A stretch of DNA of 64,000 bases. Source: Proteromonas lacertae (Eukaryota). The stretch lies in contig NGBS01000002.1 of assembly GCA_002245135.1 (NCBI GenBank), positions 186,001 through 250,000 on the forward strand, read 5' to 3'. Shown in pieces: positions 54,201-64,000 of this stretch; positions within the stretch are counted from its first letter, which is position 1; every line of letters begins with the position of its first letter. The translations under genes were made by a program, and so were the position numbers. Below the pieces are notes generated by a model, which worked only from the letters and a program-made list of their open reading frames with translations, did not search any database and was not told where the DNA came from.

Positions 54201-55055
54201 TAATTGACACTAATTTGAATGTTATTAGAGCTGTTTCTTCCAATATCATGTTCATATCATATGTTGATATATATGATATATCATTAATAACACCTTTATC
54301 TTCTGGTACAATGTTTATTTCACTAATTATGTCTTTATTATAAATTGGATGTGATAAAAGTGAACACTTTGGAAAGGAACATCTATTATCAGTACTAAAT
54401 GACTCATTAATGTAATTGACTAATATACCGTTTGGAAAACTAGACATTAAAGATTTATCTTCAATTATTATAGTAAAACTACTGCTATAATCTATTTTTT
54501 CGTTTGAGCAAAATACATTCACATCAATTAATGCTGATTCTGTAAAATATCCTGTAATTACTCCTGTATAACTGTCAATCTTTAGGTTATTATCATAAAC
54601 ATTTGCGATCTGGTAATTAGAACAGTCTGAATCTGTAATAGGTGATAAGAAAAATGTGATATGTGTAGTTGTATACACATTCTTAGTTGAAGTGTAAGTA
54701 AATAAAGTTGTATTCTTAAAAACTATTCAAGTGGAAAAATAAAAAATATACCTTGAATGATAATATTCTCTTTTAGGATATTTTTCTTCGTGAAACCAAA
54801 CACCGTTACATTTGCTAAACAAGCCTGTTGAGGTCGTCCAAAAATATATCCAGTTTTGGGATTTAGGTAAATTCCAATCGGTAGTCCAACAGCATCATAC
54901 TTAATTATCTCTTTACCCAAAGATGGGACATAACCACTTATTTCATCGTTTATAATATATGTATATGTAAAGGACTCGTTGTATATTTGTTGATATTCTT
55001 TTGGTTGAGATATTCGAATAAATAGAAGATAAAACAACAAAAATACTACGGTCAT
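51252..55055 (-). CDS. Type I membrane protein with putative-Ig repeats and a PA14-like domain
   Basis: Signal peptide, LPxGLxFNxxxGxIxG repeats, C-terminal TM. One GT-AG intron near 54723-54751 and a frame break at ~53644-53680. Confidence 0.78.
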
Positions 55056-55112
55056 TTAGTTGTGTAAATTACATAAAAAAGGTAAAAGATATAAAAAAGA
55101 AAAATACAACTC

Positions 55113-56026
55113 TTATTCATTCTTCTTATCTATACTACTCATTGATTCCATTTCTAACCTTCCTAATTCGAAGCATATTTCTAAACTTTTCTATTGAAAA
55201 AAAAAATAGAAAAAAAGAGTATACTTTATCTATAACCACTCTCATTACTTCACCATTTTGAGCAAAATCAGGTAGTCTTCTTATTTCTTTACCATTTTTA
55301 AACAATATAAATGTTGGTAATTGCCAAGACGATCCAGATATGTCGATCTTATATTTATCAGCAAGATTTGTATATCTAGTTAAATCAATTTTGCCAAATT
55401 TTAATGTTTCAGTTGTGTACCTGTTTGAAATGTCAGCATAATCTGCAGCTAGGTATTGTGAAGCAGGAGACCATGAACAGTCAAATTCTATTAACCATGT
55501 ATAATTTCTATTTCTGATTACTTCCTTTTCAAATTCAACAAAATCTAAACTGATAATTTTTGAAGGACCATGATAGATTGGGGTTGGAATTAATAGATAT
55601 ATAACTATAAATTACAATTTGATACACATATATACATAAATAAATTATAAGATACCACACACAGAGACGTTTATCAAGGAAAAATAATAAAGCCATAACT
55701 AAAACTTTCAAATATAGAAAAACTAAATCTACAAATTTCTATTTATTAATATAGAACATATTAAATATACAGCAATTGAAGCCATTTTTCTATATCTGAT
55801 TGCGAGTGTTATAACTGCCAAAATCAAGTACTCTCCTTCTTTATTCAATCCACGGATAGATGTTTCTTCCCTCAAATATGCAGATTTATATATATACTTC
55901 TCTCTCCAAAAGAAATATGACAGAATAATCTAGTTTTGGTTAAAATATGGGTTAATTATATACTATTGAATTAATAATGTAATAAGGATGGAAATAAAAC
56001 TCCAATCTAGCCTTAGAAATGCTCAT
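55113..56026 (-). CDS. TMX2: Thioredoxin-related transmembrane protein 2 homolog
   Basis: Not in the ORF track. Four introns join PYY.IN, PIYHGPSKI, WLIEFDCSWSPASQ, LKFGKIDLTRY and SWQLPTFILFKNGKEIRRLP. Confidence 0.85.
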
Positions 56027-56086
56027 TATATTTTCACTAGGCTCGAATTATGATTTGATTTAAAAACTGTTTTATTTTTAAAATAA

Positions 56087-59000
56087 ATGTCCAGAAATCA
56101 AGAGCTGATAGACGAAGCTTTAGGAAGAACTACTGCTGTGAAAATAAATGAGAATAAGATAAAATTTCAAGAACTTATGACAGTATCTCTTTAATTTTGC
56201 TATATTAATATTTAATAGAAGTGCAGAACAGAAAGGAATGAATTATGCAATTATCCAATAGATACTAAACCAAATATTGAAGAAGACAATTTTAGAGAGA
56301 TTACAACTCTGGAGAGTGAAGAGGATGATGTAGAAAATGATTTAAATGCAGCTGATACATTACCACATATGCCAATAGTACAAGTATAATTTATTTGTAC
56401 ATTTGTGAATTTTTATAGATTTACACAGATTCTCTACAAGATTACTTACATAAACTAGAAACTCCATCCATTAACATCAATGAAAACTTGGAATCTCTAT
56501 ACAAAACATGTCAAAGTTACACAGAAATGACCAGAAACTTAATCATTCATCACATACAAAGATATGTTCAGTATTGTCAGGGAAGTGAATCAATTGAAAG
56601 ACTATACAATGATTTTCAGAGGCAACAAGAAAAATTGTCGTTTATATACAGTGATGAACAAGAAATGTTAAGAAGATTCAAAGAAGCAAATGATTCAACG
56701 AAATCAGATGTGTTAAAAGACAGTGATTTATATAAACTAAATTCATTTTTATACCAAACATTAGCTTCATTAGACAAATTCAATTCATATTTAACTGTTG
56801 TTCAATTATCACCATTATTGTATAGTTTATGATTTATATTAATGTTATATAGAAACTGTTTTGAACTGTTACATCAGACATATTCATACTTTAAAAAGAA
56901 TGAAGGTGATTATGCATTTTCAAATAGGACTATGCCTGTTAATTTTACAAAAGTATATTATTAATAGTATTATAATTAATAGATTGAAGATTTAGAAAAA
57001 TCTCTGAGTTTACACACAACATATTTTGGAATTGCAACTAATAATGCTTTATCATCTGATGATCTTGAAAATTTAATAACAAAAACACACAAGAAAGTAT
57101 ACGAAGATCAAACTAAACGTGGAACATTCTTAAATTACAATTTTCAAGATGCAAACTCTGCAAGTGGTACTTATTTCTATACTAAACCATGTAATTGGGT
57201 TGATTATATACCATTCCCAGCTGTTTTATCAAAATTACAAATTAAGCAAGATGAATTCTTTTCAAATACACTCAAGAAGCAATATGATGAATTTCTAAAA
57301 GGAGAAATATTATTTGTATCAGATACAGATTATACTAACACATATACAAGAATAAAGACATCCATTAATAATTATAAAGACAGATTATGTCCTGTAGATC
57401 CTCCAGGTCCAACTAATGGTACAACAATGTCAACATTAAGACAATTACGTAACGTATTATCACCTGAATTGAATTTAGATGGAAGTACATTCAAAAGTCC
57501 AAGAGGTTTTGATGGAGATTCAAATGATTTGAATAGTAAAATGAAAGAGATTTATAAAGCAGAATCTTTACCTTTACCATTATTAATGAGTAATTATTTG
57601 TTAGTGAATATTAGAATCAGAGAAGCTAGATTACAATTGTTATATTTATTGAATTATATAAGAGGAATGGAGAGAAATATTGTTAATGATTATTATGTTT
57701 ATAAAAATGTAAAGTTTGATTTTGATACAAAAGAGAATTTACCAACAAAAGATATTGATTGGTCCATTCCATTAGACAAATCTCATGAAACACCAATAGA
57801 TATTTCAAATCTCTCAAACCATTCGTTATTATACATTAATGGACATACATTACCTAGATATTTAGATACATTAAACAGTGATGATAATGAATTTACAGTG
57901 AAAGATGAATATGGCATAAAAATAATGTATGAAGAAAGTATTAAAGACTTAGAATCAATAGAAAATGAGATATTAAAGATTGGCAGTTATTATATATTAC
58001 AAACTAATAAGAAAAGAACTGAAGAATTAGATAAAGTAGAAGTAGAAGGAAGAGATTTTGTATCAACCGATAGACAGACAATGTTAATGAATTTATATGA
58101 ATGTGAAGTGTTATATTACCAATCTAAATGTAAATTATTGAATCAATATTACTTTGGATTTCTACACAGTTGTTTAGATGAAGATAGATTGGAATTAACT
58201 CATGTAATATTTAATATAATGAAAGAAAGACCATTGTTCGATTTAGATGAAAATTATTTCAGTGATTCATATTCTAAAGAAATTATCGCTTATGAAACTC
58301 ATACGAAAGTAATAAAAGAGATAATCAGTGATATTACCTACAGTAGCAGAAGTGTTAATAATTCAATGAATAAACAATATAAAAAGGACATAGAAGAGAA
58401 TAATATAAATAATAATTATAATAGATTCGTTACACTTGGAACTCCATCATTGATTGTAGAAAGTAATAACAGTAATAATGACTCTCCAATGATAAATCCA
58501 GTAACAGATACTCCATTAATCAATCCTTTTGAAATACATAACAATTTAAGTCAAATCTATAGGTTTTATAAACTATATCTTCATATATTTGAATATATGT
58601 GTAGATATCATTCAATTAGTGATAATTCTCATGTTTGTACAATGAAAATAGCTTTATTAAGACAGTGTGCGAAGGATTGGAAGAATATGGGAACTTTTCT
58701 TATTCATCATTATGTATATATATCATTATTAAATTATAATTTAAATAGTTAGGAGATGCTTTTAATCTTCACAATTACACTACAAAGTTAAATGATGCTG
58801 TAAACTTTTTTAAAATCAACCAAACATCAGAAAATCAAAATATTACAACATTGTCATTGTTTCATAATAGTTATGTTTTATTAAAGCTAAGAAATCCAAT
58901 TATTACTGAGATATTAAGAACTTATTATTATAGAATAGTTTATACTCGTCAAGTTCAATTATATGGTACTGAACAGACTGAATTGATGATAATGGATCAT

Positions 59001-62000
59001 TCTACACCTAATGATCGACCAGATGATATATTTAACTTTAATATCAATATAAACTCATTTGAGCCAAGTTGGTCTTTATTTAGTTTGAATAAACCTGAAG
59101 AATTGAGTAAGTTGATAATGAACGAGAATGTTGAACATATGAGATGGATATATAATGTATATATATATATTTATAATATTATTTATAATATGGTTAGACT
59201 CAATATTATAACAATGTAATGTTTTCCACAATAATAGCACATAACCAAATTCCACTAAATCGTTTATTACGTTATCAGACAATGAAAGAGTTAAAATCAG
59301 AAGGTTTTATATACAATGATACACAAAATACATATAAAGATGATGAAGAAAGATTAGGTCATGAAAGAAGAGCATTAGCTTTAGCAATTCACAGAGCCAG
59401 AAACTTCTTTGTTTCATTTAAGGAATGGAGTTTAGCTTGTATTCAAGAATCTCAAAGTTTATTTAAAAATGAAATAACTGAAAGAAATTCAAATTCAAGT
59501 GCTGTTGCAACAAATAAAGAAATAGATCAAATCAGAATTAAATCATTAGTCTTCTATTGCGAAATGATTAATAGAATCACACAACCAGAAATAATGAAAC
59601 TACAAACAATCGAAGTCATAAACGAACTTCGTGTAATATCCAAGAAATTTACAAAGAAACAAAACCCATTTGCTGTTGGTTATATGCCTTCTGTTATTCC
59701 TTCAGATTTAGATAATGATGAAGATGATGCTGATGATATGACAGATAGTAAATTCATACTACCAAATGGCTATATTTGTAGTACAAATTATTTACCTCAT
59801 GAAGAACAAATATTAGCAATGTATACATCCAATATTAATCCACCAGAATCAGTCAATTTACATTTATCGATGTTATTATCATATTATACGGCTTTATTTG
59901 ATATTGTGAAAATGTTTAAGTTTCACATTTCATTCCAACCAAGAGTTATTGATGAAGATACAACAGTTGAAACAACCATTGTAAAGAAGTCAACACTTTC
60001 ACAGTTAAGTTCAAAAATTAAGAATTTGAATATAGAACTTCAAGGCTTACATGAAGCAGAAGTTAATCCTGAATTATTACCAAGTTTCTTGTGGAAGAAG
60101 AGAAGAATGATGTTTTATCAAACATTATCAATATTCCAATACTTCAAATATCAATTAATTATCAACAAAAGAGATGCGAAATTGAAAGAATTCTTATATA
60201 TGGAACAATATCTTTTCCATTCTCCATTACCATTGTCATTAAATGATTCAAGTAGGAAAATAGGTGAATGGTTATCATGGAAAAACACATTAGTTGCTGA
60301 TGAACCAATTAAATCATCTGATTATTGGAGTTCATTGTATTGTCAAAATTCTCCAAGTGAATATCCATTATATATGTATAATAATAATGTTAGAAATACA
60401 AGGAATAATTTATTGTCATTTTATATGTTATATTTAAAGTCATTGGATAAGAATGATCAGATTGTGTTTAACAATTCTGTTTTGACAATTTCTAATTATT
60501 TAGATGAAAATCTGATTAGTAATAATATCCATGAAGGTAATTCGCCATTACAATGTATTGATTTAAATACAAAATACTTGATGTATATATTGAAAATATT
60601 TAATTATTTCACATTATACTATAAAGATAAATCAATTGCTAATCTCTCACTTCATAAAGATATTACTTATTTGTTGTTAGAGAAGTATGTAAAGAGAGTT
60701 AAAATAGAATATGCAAAAGAGAATAATATTCCATTAGATGATGATGTAGAAGATGATTTATTCTTTGATTATAAAGATATATTGAATTATATAATACCCA
60801 AACCTGCTCAAGCCGAAATAGCTGAAAAGGTGATAAAAGATATCTTAATCACACAATTATACAATAATTTATTAAACAAAGGAAATGATTTATTAACATA
60901 TTACCATACTATGTTGTTAGATTTAAAAGCAAAATCAAAGAAAGGACCAATTCCAGTGACAAATCCAGTAATTGATTATATTTACAAGTTTTATAATGAT
61001 ATATTACATCAAGGATCAATAAGAGAAACAGATGGTACTGAAATATTATCAATTTCAAAAGCATCTTTACAACAGAATATATCAACTTTAACTCAATTTA
61101 TTAACGAACAATACTATAAACAATTGGAAATAGATAAAAAACATCTGCATTCAACCATTGAAGATTTTCATACTCAATTATTAGAGAAAGAGAAAGAGAT
61201 TGAAAAGAAGATTGTTACAATAAAAGGATTAGAACAAACTGTAGTTAGAAATATAGAAACACAAGTAAATGATCGATGCTATTCTTTATTATATGAATTA
61301 GATGGATTAAAAAGAAAATTGAAGTTTTATGAGAAGAAAATGAAGTATGAATGTGATAAAGCAAGAGAAGAAACAAAAAAAGAGTTTATTGATAAAATAA
61401 GAGATTTAGAAATGGAATTAAAAGCTGTAAATAGTGAATTTGAAATGTATAAAGAGAATGTAGATCAAACAGTAAAGAATAAAGTTTCAGAATTGAAACA
61501 AAGTGCATTAGTAAAAGCAGTAGAAGAATCAGGAGCTTCATTACTAATGAAAAATGATTTGATGAGACAGCAGAATGAATTAGAAAAAATCAACGAATTA
61601 GAAAAAGAAAACAGTGAACTTCGTAAAGAAATAATGAGATTAAAGTTGATGTATGATAATAAAGAAGTAGCTGCAAGAGCTGTATATGATAGAGAGTTGA
61701 GTAAATTAAATGCAAAAGTGTTAGAACTTGAGAGTTTATTAACAGAATATGGAGCAAGAGATAAGCGTGAACAATCATTAGAAGATAGATTGATTGATTT
61801 ACAAGATAGATTATCCTATAAAGAAAGAGAAGTTGTAAGTTTGAAGAAACAATTAGCATCTATTACAAGTGTAAAACAACAATTAGAAGCACACAGAGAA
61901 GATGAATTGAGAATTATTACTGAATTAAGATCAAAACTTCGAAAATATCAAGGTTGGGATAAGATGGATGTTGGTAAATTGGTTTTAGATTTAGAAAAAC

Positions 62001-62662
62001 AGCAACAACAATTGAATCAATTGAATAATGTAGAAAGAAAGGAATTATTAAGAAGACAGATGATTGAACAAGCTGCAAATAGGAAAATCAATCATATGAA
62101 GAGTAAACTAAACACAGCTGAAAATATCAAACAACAAGCCTTACAAACCATTATAACATTTAGGAAAGTACAAGAAGTAGCTCCATCTACAGATCCAATC
62201 ATTTGGGCGCAGAATTATGCAGAATTATTGAATGCCTATGAAGATACAATTCATGAGAATATAAAACTGAGAGGAATGTTATCAGATATTGGTATTGATA
62301 CAACTACAGTTAGTTCTGCAGCTCATCCATTTAAAACACCAGAGGAAATAGGTAATAGTATAGCCAGATCACCTAATGCCAATTCTAGTAGTAATGGAAC
62401 TAATTATTTACCAAGTGTGTCTCCTTTATATCCTATGCCTCCTAGTAAACATAAACCATCGACACTTGATGCAAATATTATCCAACAGAGGAATGCTCTG
62501 AGAAGTGTTCCAAAATCTGCATTAGAGAATAGAAAAACTGAAAATGTGACTAATTTTGGTAGTAAAAGTGGTGATGGATCATTTTATGTAAGGAAACCAG
62601 TAGAATCTCCAAGAATGCCTATATTAGGCACTCCAATTGGTAGAGCAAAGTCTAATAAATAA
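56087..62662 (+). CDS. Large coiled-coil protein, CCDC162-like
   Basis: Six introns join the ORFs. LLYLLNYIRGMER, ILKIGSYYI, DR..L..LYECE and RLELTHVIFNIMKERPLFDL resemble CCDC162 as recalled; long C-terminal coiled coil. Confidence 0.6.
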
Positions 62663-62795
62663 TTTACTATTATATTCATATATTTATTTGTGTATATGAG
62701 TATTTAAATAACAAATCAACAAATTAAATAATATTTACCTTTTTGATTTTTTAATTATATTCTTATATAATAATATTCATATGTATATATTAACT

Positions 62796-64000
62796 TTATG
62801 CTACAGTTGGTAATTGTGGTTGAGCTGGTTCTTTAGATAGTTCTTTAGCTGGTAATTCAACTGTAGTAACAGGTGGTTGACCTTCTTTATGAACTTCAGT
62901 AACTTCATTTGGATTGCTTGATACTGCAGGTGTTGAACTTGTAGTTGTAGCAGTTGTAGTAGTTGCAGGAACGGCTTTAGTTTCACTTTCTTTAACTGTA
63001 GTAGTACTACTTTCAGGTAAGAAGAAGAAGCAATAAACTGATGCAAAAGCACTAACACCTGTAAAGATGTAGAAGACTACATTTGGTCCAGCTTTCTCTT
63101 GTAATATAGGGAATGTAAATGATATTACAATATTGGCAAGATTGTTTGCAGTAACAGATACACTTAAACCACTACTACGGATTGGTCCTGGGAAGGCTTC
63201 ACTTGCTACAACCCAAAATAATGGACCTGGACCCCATTCGAACATGAATAAGAAAATGACAATTCCAACAATTGATAAGGCTGTAACATGAGCTTCATAA
63301 CTAATTGCCATTACTAAATTACCAACAGCTAACCCAAAGTATGTAGAAATTAATAATGTTCTTCTCTTGAATTTATCTATAAATGGCATAGCTAAAGCAG
63401 TACTGGCGAAATTCCATAAACCAGTTACACAGGCTGTTGCAATAAATGGATTAGTTAATCCTGCTTTACCTAATATATCATTACTGTAATACATAACAGC
63501 ATTAATACCACATAATTGGCCACAACAACCAAAGATTACTGCAAATGAATACCACTTTATTTTACCAGCTGTATCTACTGTTTCATTAACTGTTACTTTT
63601 GTTTGATTTTGTTGTTGTTGAGCATTTCCATTCTTTTGTTTATTTAACCATACATCAGTTTCTTTAGCAAATAAACAGCAGACTAATATCAATAAACCAA
63701 CAAAAGCTCCAATTGCATATTGACATGACCATTGCCACTGATCAAATGGTTTATTATCATCATATTCATTCTTAGCAAAAGCCATATTCATGAAATAGCC
63801 AAATGCCATACTCAAAGTAACAATTAATTGATACATACCACCAATTCTTCCTCTATATTCCACATCCACTGTTTCAGTTACATACATAGGACCTACACAA
63901 CTAGTCAATCCTACTGCAAATCCAACAATTATTCTTAACACAAATGCTCCCCAATAGTTCTTCACTACTGCCAAAATTATTGGAATTACTGTCAATATTA
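62796..64000 (-). CDS. MFS sugar porter (5' end outside window), paralog of 42912-44529
   Basis: PMYVTE..RGRIGGMYQL, QLCGINAVMYYS, GPGPLFWVVASEAFP, FFLPES. Confidence 0.92.
   Translation of the reverse strand, partial: ILTVIPIILAVVKNYWGAFVLRIIVGFAVGLTSCVGPMYVTETVDVEYRGRIGGMYQLIVTLSMAFGYFMNMAFAKNEYDDNKPFDQWQWSCQYAIGAFVGLLILVCCLFAKETDVWLNKQKNGNAQQQQNQTKVTVNETVDTAGKIKWYSFAVIFGCCGQLCGINAVMYYSNDILGKAGLTNPFIATACVTGLWNFASTALAMPFIDKFKRRTLLISTYFGLAVGNLVMAISYEAHVTALSIVGIVIFLFMFEWGPGPLFWVVASEAFPGPIRSSGLSVSVTANNLANIVISFTFPILQEKAGPNVVFYIFTGVSAFASVYCFFFLPESSTTTVKESETKAVPATTTTATTTSSTPAVSSNPNEVTEVHKEGQPPVTTVELPAKELSKEPAQPQLPTVA

Noticed and set aside
56183..56218. GTATCTCTTT donor as a GT-AG U12 intron
   Set aside because: About 36 nt, within the major-intron size range, and no CTTAA branch at the expected distance.
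13412..63058. Short antisense or alternative-frame ORFs in the track (e.g. 13412, 23603, 33776, 43827, 61590, 62801)
   Set aside because: They are shadows of real genes, with no motifs or independent gene structure.
1..64000. tRNA, rRNA, snRNA, CRISPR arrays, telomeric repeats
   Set aside because: None recognisable by eye; the spacers at 18132-18822 and 42486-42911 would need an Infernal/tRNAscan run to exclude small RNAs.

Overview
Very AT-rich, gene-dense eukaryotic nuclear DNA with tiny spliceosomal introns (mostly 26-45 nt, GTAT..TAG) and very short intergenic spacers. This architecture and the putative-Ig/PA14 surface proteins suggest a Blastocystis-like stramenopile (inference). About 21 genes can be assembled by hand: an SMS/IPC synthase, a QWRF/HAUS8-like protein, CUEDC2, NRDE2, an LRR protein, two Ig/PA14 surface proteins, a multi-TM pseudo-calpain, RPC4, a GT61, two sugar porters, a SIG/mastigoneme-like EGF protein, HAT1, three maltose O-acetyltransferases around an MFS permease, TMX2, a CCDC162-like protein, and a 12 kb receptor gene. 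Main observations: (1) the receptor gene encodes about nine tandem bacterial UrtA/AmiC-like periplasmic-binding (Venus flytrap) modules fused to a class C GPCR-like 7TM domain; (2) it can only be spliced using four U12-type minor introns of 49-56 nt (three AT-AC, one AT-AT), and another AT-AC intron lies in the SMS gene; (3) the C2-TM-calpain-WW-PHD protein appears catalytically dead; (4) a TCAAGCY motif recurs near start codons; (5) several +1 frame breaks may be assembly errors. Family calls come from motif recognition by eye; no database searches were run.
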